A stretch of 45,102 nt of DNA from assembly GCA_021799555.1 (NCBI GenBank), contig JAJZAG010000002.1, positions 1-45,102 on the forward strand. Direction: 5' to 3'. This DNA comes from Deltaproteobacteria bacterium (GTDB taxonomy: Bacteria > Desulfobacterota > Binatia > Binatales > Binataceae). Positions within the stretch are counted from its first letter, which is position 1. Every line of letters begins with the position of its first letter. The notes beneath the pieces were generated by a model. The model did not search any database, had not been told where the DNA came from, and saw nothing but the letters and a program-made list of their open reading frames with translations. Positions 1 through 8,763 of this stretch are shown here, piece by piece. The position numbers and the translations under genes are program-made.

Positions 1-131
1 CTGAGAAGATGGTGGCCACCCTGCCGCGGGGGAAGCTGGCGGTGATTACAGAATCCTATCATCACGTCATGTTCGATAATCCCCGTGCTCTGATCGCGGC
101 GCTCAGGCAGTTCCTGGCGGAACTGGGATGA
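1..131 (+). CDS. alpha/beta hydrolase, C-terminal fragment (5' end outside window)
   Basis: The frame is open from the window edge (codons phased from nt 3) to TGA at 129-131. It translates to EKMVATLPRGKLAVITESYHHVMFDNPRALIAALRQFLAELG. This is the catalytic-His C-terminal segment of alpha/beta-fold hydrolases and parallels the C-terminus of the next gene (AAAHHHVILENPSAIARTLSEFI). Confidence 0.6.
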   Translation, partial: EKMVATLPRGKLAVITESYHHVMFDNPRALIAALRQFLAELG

Positions 132-175
132 CGACCGCAATTCGGTAACGCGAAAATGCCGCGCCAAACAATACC

Positions 176-1006
176 GTGAGCGACCCGCACAGCCACATTT
201 TCGATGCCGCGCCGCGCTTGCATTACCTCGAGTGGAATCCCGCGGGACGGGCTACCGTCATTCTTCTCCACGGCAACTGCGCCAATGCTTGGTGGTGGGA
301 ACCGCTCGCGCGTCTGATGCCTTCGGATATCCGTCTGATTGCCCTCGACCAGCGCGGCCACGGCGACAGTGAGTGGGTTCGCCCGGCGGCGTACTCGCCC
401 GCCGATTATGCGCGCGACCTCGTGGACTTTGTCGGGCACGTCGCCGAACGGCGCGGCAAGCCTTTCGTCGTCGGCCATAGCATGGGCGGAATCAATGCGC
501 TCGCGTTCGCGCGGGATCATGGAGACCTTACGTGCGCGGTTGCCGCGATCGACGTTGCAATCAGATCGAGCCGCGGACGCGATCGATATTTGCGGCGTCT
601 GAAGGCCTTGCCCACCGTCACCTATCCGGACCTTGAAACCGCGCTGGAACGCTTCCGGCTGATGCCCGACGAAGGCGTTATCGCGCCCGACGTGTTGCGC
701 GAGATCGCGCACAAGAGCCTGGCGCGCACCGACGACGGCCGTTGGACGCTCAAGTTCGACCGTGAGAGCTTCTTTGGCAGCGACGGCATCGATGTCGTCG
801 AAGCGATCAAGATGATCGCAATTCCAACCCTCTTGGTACGCGCCGAGCGCAGCCGCATCATGACGGCCGAGTCGGCGGCTGCGGCGTGCAACACGAATTC
901 TCGCGTGCGGCTGGTCGAAATCGCGGCGGCGCACCATCATGTGATCCTCGAAAATCCTTCCGCGATTGCACGCACGTTGTCCGAGTTCATCGCGCGGGGT
1001 TTGTGA
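176..1006 (+). CDS. alpha/beta fold hydrolase
   Basis: 276-aa ORF with the oxyanion segment VILLHGNCANAWWWEPL, the nucleophile elbow GHSMGG and a C-terminal His segment AAHHHVILENP. The antisense 438-aa ORF (62-1378) is Arg/Pro-rich noise. Confidence 0.85.
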   Translation: MSDPHSHIFDAAPRLHYLEWNPAGRATVILLHGNCANAWWWEPLARLMPSDIRLIALDQRGHGDSEWVRPAAYSPADYARDLVDFVGHVAERRGKPFVVGHSMGGINALAFARDHGDLTCAVAAIDVAIRSSRGRDRYLRRLKALPTVTYPDLETALERFRLMPDEGVIAPDVLREIAHKSLARTDDGRWTLKFDRESFFGSDGIDVVEAIKMIAIPTLLVRAERSRIMTAESAAAACNTNSRVRLVEIAAAHHHVILENPSAIARTLSEFIARGL

Positions 1007-1523
1007 CGAGTTGCGCCTGCGCGCCGGGAATCGGATGGGTTCGTCGTGGTCGCTTGGCGAATTGCGAAACACTGAAATAATGAGAGTTGCACTGGATTTT
1101 TTGCGATATCGCCGTGGCTTCGTTTGCGCATTTTTTCGAGGGTCCGGCGCATCCACCCGTGCAGCCGGGTCCGGACAAAAGTCCGCGACCTCGCGTGGCG
1201 CGAGAAGTTGCGCAATCCGGGACTTCGGGCCGGAGGTTCCTGCCGCCGGCTGATTGATCTGCCGGCCGGCTCGAAGCATCGCGAAGGGCCGGGTGTGCCG
1301 GCTTGATGTTCCTCGCGCTTCCACGCCCCATACTTCGCATATTTCTCGGATCCGCATAAGGCTGAACTGTTCAGCCATGAACTAACGTGGCTATCGCCCT
1401 AACGGATGTTAGATAACCGGGGCGCTGCGGTTCTTCCGATTGTTCGCCGCGCGGGACGCGCAAGGAGCCGTTCAAGCGACCGTCCAGAGCGGAGCAAAAC
1501 ATGGGACGCGGCGAGACGGCGGG

Positions 1524-1961
1524 TCAAAGCTCGCGCGACATGGCGCGATGCGGGATTCCGGCTTCTTCGAAGACTTCGCCGAAGGGCTGAAAGCCCTGCT
1601 TCAAGTAAAACCCTTGCGCCGTCAGTTGGGCGTGCAAGATTGCGCGGCGGTAGCCGCGCTCGCGCGCCGCACGCATCAGAAATTCCAGGATTGCTCGTCC
1701 AATTCCCGAGCCGCGCAGTTCGCGTATCACCGCCATCCTGCCGATCTTAACCTCGCCTTCACCATGCTCGACGTACCGGCCGCATCCCAAAACCTGCCCA
1801 CCGCGAATCGCTATCGCGTGGAAGGCGCGCGCGTCGTCGGCGTCGAGTTCGATACCCTCCGGCACGCGCTGCTCTTCGATAAACACGCGGCGGCGAATCG
1901 CATGGGCGGCGGCGATCTGCTCGTCTGAAACCGCGGCGACGATCTCAACTCGGATTTCCAT
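1524..1961 (-). CDS. GNAT family N-acetyltransferase
   Basis: 145-aa ORF with the acetyl-CoA binding motif A, VIRELRGSGIGRAILEFL, followed by GFYLKQGF. Size and layout are typical of a single-domain GNAT. Confidence 0.85.
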   Translation of the reverse strand: MEIRVEIVAAVSDEQIAAAHAIRRRVFIEEQRVPEGIELDADDARAFHAIAIRGGQVLGCGRYVEHGEGEVKIGRMAVIRELRGSGIGRAILEFLMRAARERGYRRAILHAQLTAQGFYLKQGFQPFGEVFEEAGIPHRAMSREL

Positions 1962-2208
1962 CCTCCAAGTGAACTAGCAATTCGCTGGAAGGCTTGAAAA
2001 GCCCTGATCGGCGTCCGCGTGACAGCGATGCATTGCGATGTCTCGCGATTGTTTGAAAAGGTTTAAAGCATCCGGGCGTTGAGCGAGTCTACTTTCCGTC
2101 GGCTATGCAGAGCCTCGGGTGATTCACTGCCGGAATCGGTTTCGTGTCATCGGGCCTGCCAACGTAATTTGATTTGTCCGCCGCGCACCGATGAGACATC
2201 GAGATGCA

Positions 2209-2928
2209 TCATCCGAATGCCCACGCGACCATCAGCGGGAACTCTTCTTGCCAGAAGGCGCCACCGTGCGACCCAACCCGCTCATTCATGACGACATCCG
2301 CATTTGCGTCGCGCAGCGCGTCCGCCCACCGCCTTGCGCTATCGAGGAAGAACGGCTCCTCCGTGCCAGCGACAAGGTATGTGCGCGGAAGCGGACTCGG
2401 CATAACGCCAGGCGGCTTGTAACCCCCGCCAGGCGAAGCGCAGAAGACGGCACCGTAGACATCGGGATGCCGAAGCCCAAGAGCGAGGGCCAGCTCTCCA
2501 CTCGCCGAGACGCCGAACACCGCCGTACGATGAATTGGCAGCGCCACGCCAAACCGCGACTGCGTCCATCGGCGAACGTCCTCGACGAAGAACTTCTCGT
2601 GCGCCGCGAACCGCTCCGGATCAAAGCCGGGTGAGTATTCGTGGAGCCGGAGCGCCTCATCGGTCTGCCGATGTACACCGACGACCAATGTCGACGGAAG
2701 GTCGGCCTTCTCGAGCAACCGGCCCCACTTCGAGATCATCTGACCGTCGCCGGCGAAGACTATAGCTTCGGGCGGGTCCGGTGGAACGTACACCGTGACC
2801 TGCCGTCCACCGTCGTACTCGAACGTCTCGGTGACAAACTCTCCCGACATTGCGCCGGTGGACTGGGCGGCCGCACTGTCGGACTCACTCTGCTTGCGGT
2901 TGACGTGATTGCCTGCTTGCTTCTTCAT
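2209..2928 (-). CDS. esterase (putative-esterase / enterochelin-esterase-like alpha/beta hydrolase)
   Basis: The ORF contains VYVPPDPPEAIVFAGDGQ and the serine elbow FGVSASGELALALGLRHPDVYGAVF. I chose the ATG at 2928 (MKKQAGNH...); the ORF stays open up to 3048, so the start is uncertain. Confidence 0.75.
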   Translation of the reverse strand: MKKQAGNHVNRKQSESDSAAAQSTGAMSGEFVTETFEYDGGRQVTVYVPPDPPEAIVFAGDGQMISKWGRLLEKADLPSTLVVGVHRQTDEALRLHEYSPGFDPERFAAHEKFFVEDVRRWTQSRFGVALPIHRTAVFGVSASGELALALGLRHPDVYGAVFCASPGGGYKPPGVMPSPLPRTYLVAGTEEPFFLDSARRWADALRDANADVVMNERVGSHGGAFWQEEFPLMVAWAFG

Positions 2929-3127
2929 GGCGTCGCTTTCATTTCTAGAACATTGGAACTGGGGTGTCTCGCAATTGATGGAGAGGCCGTGTTCCGCCGC
3001 CGAGTTATGGCCCACCGGTAGTGAGAGAGCGGGAATCATTATAAGCATTTTTTCGACTTCGCCCTTTACTGACTAAATGGGCGAGGCGGAAAAATGCGGA
3101 TTCCTGGCGCGCGCCGCTGCGCGCGGC

Positions 3128-3350
3128 AATGCCAGTGCCAGCTCCGCTGGTGCCGCAGTGGGAGTGAGCGCCAAGCTCTATTGTCGCAGCGCAGCGAGCG
3201 CGGCGCTGGCCGGCGGTCCATGATCCGTTCCAGTGTCAGCGCAACTTGCCGCGCGCTGATGCCGGTATCAACCGCGGTGGCCAGACATTCGAGGGTAAAC
3301 TCATCGATTATGGTCAGCAGCCAGATCGCACGACCTCCACCAATCCGATC
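3128..3350 (-). pseudogene. IS3-family transposase (rve integrase core) remnant
   Basis: The minus-strand translation is DRIGGGRAIWLLTIIDEFTLECLATAVDTGISARQVALTLERIMDRRPAPRSLRCDN. This matches the conserved ...GRR..LLTVVDEFTRECLAI.VD.S....V...L.......G.P..LR.DNG block around the second DDE aspartate of IS3/IS407-type OrfB. A stop codon lies just upstream, and the frame decays right after CDN. No N-terminal part and no terminal inverted repeats are visible. Confidence 0.55.
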
Positions 3351-3391
3351 TAGTGTTGTGTCTCATTACAACCTTCGCATCAAAAGCGTTT

Positions 3392-3531
3392 GTCATCCTG
3401 AGAGAAACGAAGGATCTCGCAGCCGCCGTCCTTGCGGCCGTATTGGATTCTCTCAAGCAACCGGGGCCGAATCACGCGGCGGAGAAATGCCGCGCGAGAT
3501 CCTTCGCTGCGCAGACTCCGCTCAGGATGAC
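3392..3531. repeat. palindromic REP/MITE-like element (GTCATCCTGAG family)
   Basis: The left arm GTCATCCTGAGAGAAACGAAGGATCTCGC (3392-3420) is the inverted complement of the right arm GCGAGATCCTTCGCTGCGCAGACTCCGCTCAGGATGAC (3494-3531). The outer 11 nt and inner 12 nt pair perfectly. The element is intergenic and lies next to the IS remnant. Confidence 0.7.
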
Positions 3532-3851
3532 GGGCATATTCGCTAAACTTATTTGCGGGATACCTCGCTAGCAGAGGGATCGGGCAGGCGCGGAGAGAAG
3601 AGACGGCGTGGAAGCGGGTCTGTTATCGTAAAAACCACCTTGTTCGTGTGATTGCGTCGGTCGGTCCAAAGCCGCACCCGAGACGGACGGGGAGTATTCT
3701 TGCTCAAGCGCTGCGACAGGCGTGCGATTTTCACTGGCGCACAGATTCGCGGCGCGTCAATAAAGATATTAGCCGTGCTACGCATTGGCTTCATGGTTGC
3801 GCCGGGCCTGTGCTACGCTTGCGCGCGGCTGGGAACGAGCGAGGAGACGCG

Positions 3852-4832
3852 ATGCCTAATCTATCCGAGACGATCTATGCACCGGAACTGGAGGGCGGCA
3901 CCTGGATTCAGGGCGGTCCCGTATCGATCAAGGCGCTGCGCGGCAAAGCGATCGTACTGGTGGATTTCTGGGATTACACGTGCGTGAATTGCATCCGAAC
4001 GCTGCCCTATGTTGAAGGATGGAATCGGCGCTACGCCAGAGACGGGCTCGTGATCGTGGGCGTGCACGCGCCCGAATTCAGCTTCGCGCGCGAGGGATCG
4101 CACGTCAAAACCGCAGCGCACGAATTCGGACTCGATTATCCGATTGTGCTCGACAACGAATATGCGATTTGGCGGTCCTACTCGAATCGCTTTTGGCCTG
4201 CGAAATACCTCGTCGATTCGCAGGGCCGCATCCGCTATTACCACTTCGGCGAAGGCGGCTATCAGGAAACCGAAGTCGCAATTCAAAACGCGTTGCGTGA
4301 GCTCAATCCCGACTTGAGACTGCCGCCGCCGATGGATCCCGTCAGAGAGTCCGACCAGCCTGGCGCGGTGTGCTATCGGGTTACACCGGAGCTATATCTC
4401 GGCCACGCGCGCGGCCAATTCGGCAATCCGGCGGGGGTCGTACGCGATCGTCCGCATGATTACGCGGACCCGGGCCGCCATGCCGAGGGACTGTCGTATT
4501 TGGGCGGTCGATGGCGGGTCGAGCAGGAATCGGTGCGCGCCGAAGCGCCGGGGGCGACGATTGCGCTCCGGTTTACGTCCAAAGATGTTAACCTGGTGAT
4601 GGCGCCGCCAGCCGGTGCGATCGCGCAGGTCGAAATCTCGATCGGCGCGGATCAGAAGCTCGGCGATGACGTGAAAACCGCGACCGGCCGTCCAATCGTT
4701 ACGGTGGATCGGCCGCGGATGTACAATTTGATCGCGAATGATTCAGTGATTCCGGGCGCGCTGGAACTGAAAGCGCTCGAGGCGGGTGTTGCGGCCTATG
4801 CGTTCACGTTTGTCTCTTGTGTGGTGAGCTAA
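3852..4832 (+). CDS. thioredoxin-like redoxin protein (DipZ C-terminal-domain-like)
   Basis: ATG at 3852 is preceded by GAGGAG (3841-3846). The thioredoxin-fold CxxC motif appears as VLVDFWDYTCVNCIRTLPY, followed by GVHAPEFSFA and FWPAKYLVDSQGRIRYYHFGEG. A C-terminal beta-rich domain follows. Confidence 0.8.
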   Translation: MPNLSETIYAPELEGGTWIQGGPVSIKALRGKAIVLVDFWDYTCVNCIRTLPYVEGWNRRYARDGLVIVGVHAPEFSFAREGSHVKTAAHEFGLDYPIVLDNEYAIWRSYSNRFWPAKYLVDSQGRIRYYHFGEGGYQETEVAIQNALRELNPDLRLPPPMDPVRESDQPGAVCYRVTPELYLGHARGQFGNPAGVVRDRPHDYADPGRHAEGLSYLGGRWRVEQESVRAEAPGATIALRFTSKDVNLVMAPPAGAIAQVEISIGADQKLGDDVKTATGRPIVTVDRPRMYNLIANDSVIPGALELKALEAGVAAYAFTFVSCVVS

Positions 4833-4860
4833 CCACCGGCTTGCGAAGTGGAGAGACGCG

Positions 4861-5661
4861 ATGAAATCGGAGCAAGAACGGCGCGCGACCGACACGCAAA
4901 TCGAACGTGCGGCGGAGATTATACTCGAAGCCGAATACCCGATTGCCCTTACCGGCGCCGGAATGTCGGTCGAAAGCGGCATCCCGCCGTTTCGAGGTCC
5001 GGGAGGATTATGGACGAAATACGGCGAGCCGCCGATGAACGGCTTCCAGCGCTTCATGGAGAATCCAAAAAAGGCCTGGGAAGAGCGTCTGAGCTCGCGT
5101 AACGACGAGCTCTACAAACCGCTCACGGAAGCCAAACCCAACCCGGGTCATCTGGCTTTGGCCGAACTCGAACATCTCGGAATCCTCCGCTTTGTCATCA
5201 CCCAGAATATCGATGACTTGCATCGACAGGCGGGGCAGAAATCGATGGCGGAGATCCATGGCAACTGGAAGCTAATCCGATGCCTCGAATGCGGCTTACG
5301 ATTCCGCCGCGAGCAGATTGATTTGACCGAACTGCCCCCGAAGTGCCCGGAATGCGGGGGTCTGATGAAGAGCGACACCGTATCGTTCGGCGAACCGATT
5401 CCCGCCGATATGCTGCGCTTATGCGCGGAACATTCGGCGCAGGCCGATTTGGTGATCGTGGCAGGCACCTCGGCTACGGTTTACCCAGCCGCGGGCTTTG
5501 CGCTGGAAGTGAAAGAACGCGGCGGTGCGCTGGTCGAGGTCAACCTCTATCAGTCGGAACTGACGGGGATCTGTGACGTTAGCCTGCGCGGCGGCTCCGC
5601 TGAAATCTTGCCCCGGCTGGCGAGAGCTATCGCAGCAATACGAAAGAAACGCGGATCGTAA
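4861..5661 (+). CDS. cobB: NAD-dependent protein deacylase, Sir2 family
   Basis: Sirtuin motifs are present: GAGMSVESGIPPFRG, TQNIDDLH, and the zinc-ribbon cysteines CLECG...CPECGG. Confidence 0.9.
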   Translation: MKSEQERRATDTQIERAAEIILEAEYPIALTGAGMSVESGIPPFRGPGGLWTKYGEPPMNGFQRFMENPKKAWEERLSSRNDELYKPLTEAKPNPGHLALAELEHLGILRFVITQNIDDLHRQAGQKSMAEIHGNWKLIRCLECGLRFRREQIDLTELPPKCPECGGLMKSDTVSFGEPIPADMLRLCAEHSAQADLVIVAGTSATVYPAAGFALEVKERGGALVEVNLYQSELTGICDVSLRGGSAEILPRLARAIAAIRKKRGS

Positions 5662-5720
5662 TCCGGGCTGATAGCGGAGGTGGCGAGGCTCCGCAAGGCG
5701 CTGCTTTCCGTCCGGCTGGC

Positions 5721-5833
5721 AGTCCTTCGCGCGACTCGTCCGAGGATCGAAACGGCCGGATTTCTCGCCGCAGTACGCCGCGCTGGGACTGGAGCCGATC
5801 TGCAAGAAATCTCGGACCCTCGCTCGAAATGAC
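5721..5833. repeat. two degenerate half-copies of the GTCATYYYGAG palindromic family
   Basis: AGTCCTTCGCGCGACTCGTCCGAGGATCGAAAC (5721-5753) resembles the right arm at 3494-3531. GAAATCTCGGACCCTCGCTCGAAATGAC (5806-5833) is the complement of GTCATTTCGAGCGAGGGTCCGAGATTTC and resembles the arms at 18352-18455. Both lie in a convergent intergenic region. Confidence 0.4.
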
Positions 5834-5949
5834 GCCTTCCGCGTAATCTGCGCGGTCATTGCGAAACCGCGCGGATCCCGGTCGGACGAACAACCGTACC
5901 CCGCCCGCCGTGGAGCTGAATTGCGCCAGGTTTTTGTTTTGAGCTCCGC

Positions 5950-6153
5950 TCAGTACTGCTTGATTACGCGGGCGCGGCCGAGGTCGTCGTAAATATAAGT
6001 GTCTTCGGGATTTTCGTCGCGGGTTTTTTTGTGGGAGCCGTCGCAGAACGGTTTATTCTTCGAAAGCCCGCACGCGCAGATATAAATCGGCAGCTCGGTG
6101 CCTTCGGGAACCTCGTAGGGGGAATTCTTGTCGTGCCGGATCATTCGCGCCAT
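5950..6153 (-). CDS. CDGSH iron-sulfur domain-containing protein
   Basis: 67-aa product MARMIRHDKNSPYEVPEGTELPIYICACGLSKNKPFCDGSHKK... carries the C-x-C-x2-(S/T)-x3-P-x-C-D-G-S-H signature. The long ORF upstream of this ATG (to 6459) overlaps the EamA gene and is not used. Confidence 0.8.
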   Translation of the reverse strand: MARMIRHDKNSPYEVPEGTELPIYICACGLSKNKPFCDGSHKKTRDENPEDTYIYDDLGRARVIKQY

Positions 6154-6292
6154 GGGATTAATCCTCTTGCTCTTTTTTCCGCCCTTGCCGAAAGCGCCGC
6201 TCGATTCGAGGGACGCTTTGCGAAGGCAGGTGACTCGCCCACTTAAGACCACGCCGCCGCGATAGTCAATTGCGCCGCGACCGGCGGGAGGC

Positions 6293-7309
6293 TTAAGCGA
6301 GTGGTTGATGGATTGCTTCGGCGGCTTCGGCGTCGGCGGAGATTGCGTCGCGAGCGTCCTGCGGATGGCGGCGATGCGCATCCGCACCGAGCACGAGCGT
6401 GAGCACGCCCGAGATCGCGATGAGAACGCCGATAATCTCACGCCGGGTCGCGCTCTCACCCAGAAACATCACCGCGAACAGAATCGAGAGCATCGGGATT
6501 CCCGGTACGACCAGCGCCGTCGTCCATGCGAGCGACAGACGGTTGATCGCGCCGTACCATGTGAGCGCGCTCAGGAAATAGACGAAAAACCCGGTGACAA
6601 GGATCGCAATCACCGCTGGACCGCTCGAGAGCTGTGCGAGCGCCGCCGGCCGCGCAATTAGCAGCATCGCGACCAGCGCAAGCGCCCCGTAGATCATTCG
6701 TCCCGCGGTGACGTTGACAGGAGTCAGTGGCGGCATCATCCGCAACCCCATCACATGCGACGCCTGCCAGAACACAGGAGTGCAAAACACGAGCGCCGCG
6801 GCCCAGATCGGCGAAAATTTGCCGCCCGCGCCGAACACCGAGCCGATTCCAACCAGAATCGTCGCCGTCGCGAGCAACTGACGCCACGATGGCCGTTCGC
6901 CGACCACAATTGTCGCCAACACGAGCGAGTAAACCGGCTCGGTCTGTAGCAGAATCGTTCCGGCGATGGCGTCGATTCTGGTCAGCCCGAAAGTCAAGGT
7001 CAGGCTAGTGGCGACCGTGCCGACCATCGCCATTGCAAACAGCGGCATCCGAAACCGCGACTGAAATAGCAGGCCAAGCTCCCGTTTTTTGACCATCGCG
7101 ATCGTGCTGCAAATCGCTGCGACAACAACTGCTCCCGTGCAGAACAGGAGCGGGTCCAGATGAACGGCGCCCCATCGCGTCAACCCGGGCTGCGATGCAC
7201 CGATAAGCGTGTTGGCTATTGCCAGCGCAACGCCGATTCTGAACGCGCGCGCCATCCCTTCGGCGCGCGATTTTGGCGCCGGAGCGTCCTTGTATTCCTG
7301 CTGGTTCAT
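6293..7309 (-). CDS. EamA/DMT family transporter
   Basis: About 10 hydrophobic segments in two halves, typical of drug/metabolite transporter (EamA) proteins. I chose the start at ATG 7309 (MNQQEYKD...) because it does not overlap the uppP stop at 7317. Confidence 0.8.
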   Translation of the reverse strand: MNQQEYKDAPAPKSRAEGMARAFRIGVALAIANTLIGASQPGLTRWGAVHLDPLLFCTGAVVVAAICSTIAMVKKRELGLLFQSRFRMPLFAMAMVGTVATSLTLTFGLTRIDAIAGTILLQTEPVYSLVLATIVVGERPSWRQLLATATILVGIGSVFGAGGKFSPIWAAALVFCTPVFWQASHVMGLRMMPPLTPVNVTAGRMIYGALALVAMLLIARPAALAQLSSGPAVIAILVTGFFVYFLSALTWYGAINRLSLAWTTALVVPGIPMLSILFAVMFLGESATRREIIGVLIAISGVLTLVLGADAHRRHPQDARDAISADAEAAEAIHQPLA

Positions 7310-7316
7310 CGCGGCT

Positions 7317-8105
7317 TCAGGCACGCGCGAGCGCAATCGCGATGACCACTGCGGCAAGTGCGAGGCGATACCAAGCGAATGGAACGTAGGTGCGAGTGCG
7401 GACGAATCGGACCAGTCCGACGATCGCGATCAACCCGAAGATCGCGGCCGCAATGAATCCCCATCCGACCTGCGCATTTATTCCGGCGTGAATGATTTTG
7501 CGCCCCTCGACCATCCCGGCGCCTGCGATTATCGGCGTCGCCATCAGGAAGGAAAAATTAGCCGCGTCCTGCCGCTCGATACCGAGAAATCGCGCCATCG
7601 TGATCGTGGCGCCCGAGCGGGATACGCCGGGAAAGATTGCGAATGCCTGACTCAGCCCAATTGCGGCTGCATCGAAGAGCGTAAGCTGGCGAAGTGTTCG
7701 TTCAGCAGTGTTATATTTATCCACTAGCCATAAAACGACGCCAAGAAGTCCCAACGCAGCCCCGATCAGGAGCTTGTGCTCGCGGAATAGAGTTTCAGCC
7801 TGCTTCTCGAGAGCGAGACCGATAATCGCACCGGGAATCGACGCGACGATCAGCAGTACCAGCAGGCGACGTTGGGGAGTGTTGCCGGTGAATACAGACA
7901 CCGCCATCCCAGTCCAATCACGCCAATAATACGCGATAAGCGCCACCAGCGTGCCGAGATGAAGCGCGACGTCGAAGGCGAGGCCGGGATCGGGCCATCC
8001 GAACAGCCACGGAATCAGCACCAGATGGGCTGAACTCGAGACCGGCAGAAATTCGGTAAGCCCTTGAACGGCACCCAAGATAATCGCTTGAAATGTCGAA
8101 AACAT
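7317..8105 (-). CDS. uppP: undecaprenyl-diphosphate phosphatase
   Basis: The BacA/UppP signatures GLTEFLPVSSSAHL and PGVSRSGATI are present. The 262-aa polytopic membrane protein has the expected size. Confidence 0.92.
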   Translation of the reverse strand: MFSTFQAIILGAVQGLTEFLPVSSSAHLVLIPWLFGWPDPGLAFDVALHLGTLVALIAYYWRDWTGMAVSVFTGNTPQRRLLVLLIVASIPGAIIGLALEKQAETLFREHKLLIGAALGLLGVVLWLVDKYNTAERTLRQLTLFDAAAIGLSQAFAIFPGVSRSGATITMARFLGIERQDAANFSFLMATPIIAGAGMVEGRKIIHAGINAQVGWGFIAAAIFGLIAIVGLVRFVRTRTYVPFAWYRLALAAVVIAIALARA

Positions 8106-8294
8106 AATTAAATCAATAGGTTAACGTCTCCAAGTCGATGTTCTGCCGGACTTTCAGGTGCGTCGAGGCGCGTGAAAACGTGTCAGTTTATGACAAAATG
8201 CCGTATCGATTTCGCTTGACCGGAGAACGGCGTGGTTTAGAATTGAAGTGCCAAATCGGATGTGGGTCGGGGTGAGGTTTTCGAGGAGGTCCTG

Positions 8295-8624
8295 ATGGGT
8301 ATGAGTCGAAGCGCACGGGGTAAAGTTATCCCGCTCAGGGAAGGCAGTATCGTTGAAGATGAAGCCGACTCGGCGCGTTCGCGTCTGTGGGATTCTCTTC
8401 AACCGGGTGACCCGCGGCCTTTTCCGACCGTCAATACGCTCCCGCGCCTGCCGGTCGCGATTCCTGACGAGATTCTCGATTATTACGGATGGGTCTTCTG
8501 TCAGGGAGGATTCCTTAATCTGCAGATGACCTTCGAACAATTTCTTGCCGTTGTGGCCGCTGTCAGCCCCTCGGGCTTGTGCCCGGAATATGACCCTTCG
8601 GAGTTGTCGGGCGCGATCGATTGA
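8295..8624 (+). CDS. hypothetical protein
   Basis: ATG at 8295 is preceded by GAGGAGG. The frame has protein-like composition and is followed 20 nt downstream by a strong hairpin plus T-tract. I recognise no family. Confidence 0.45.
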   Translation: MGMSRSARGKVIPLREGSIVEDEADSARSRLWDSLQPGDPRPFPTVNTLPRLPVAIPDEILDYYGWVFCQGGFLNLQMTFEQFLAVVAAVSPSGLCPEYDPSELSGAID

Positions 8625-8644
8625 ACTTAACTCTGGCCGCAGCC

Positions 8645-8695
8645 AAGCGCACCCGATTTCAGGGCGGTCGCCCGACGCGGTGCGCTTTTCATTTT
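8645..8695 (+). terminator. rho-independent terminator candidate
   Basis: The stem AAGCGCACC (8645-8653) pairs with GGTGCGCTT (8679-8687), with an inner GGGCG-GT-CGCCC hairpin, and is followed by TTTTCATTTT. Confidence 0.5.
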
Positions 8696-8735
8696 GGGGG
8701 CGAGCGGTAGCCTGGCTTGACAGCCAACCGGTGGG

Positions 8736-8755
8736 TTGATGTCGATCGACATCAA
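8736..8755. repeat. perfect 20-bp palindrome TTGATGTCGATCGACATCAA
   Basis: The sequence is self-complementary over all 20 nt. It lies 8 nt beyond the stop of the minus-strand lipoprotein gene, in a convergent intergenic region. Confidence 0.6.
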
Positions 8756-8763
8756 GATTGACC

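Noticed and set aside
62-1378. 438-aa ORF on the minus strand, the longest ORF at the left end
   Set aside because: It is antisense to a well-supported alpha/beta hydrolase (GHSMGG and other motifs). The translation is Arg/Pro/Ala-rich with no recognisable motif, which is a typical high-GC shadow ORF.
3094-3794. ORFs 3094-3546 (+), 3353-3571 (+) and 3549-3794 (-) as real genes
   Set aside because: They run through the transposase remnant (opposite strand) and the palindromic element. The peptides are the usual repeat-derived artefacts (…SFAAQTPLRMTG…), and the region is better explained as decayed or non-coding DNA.
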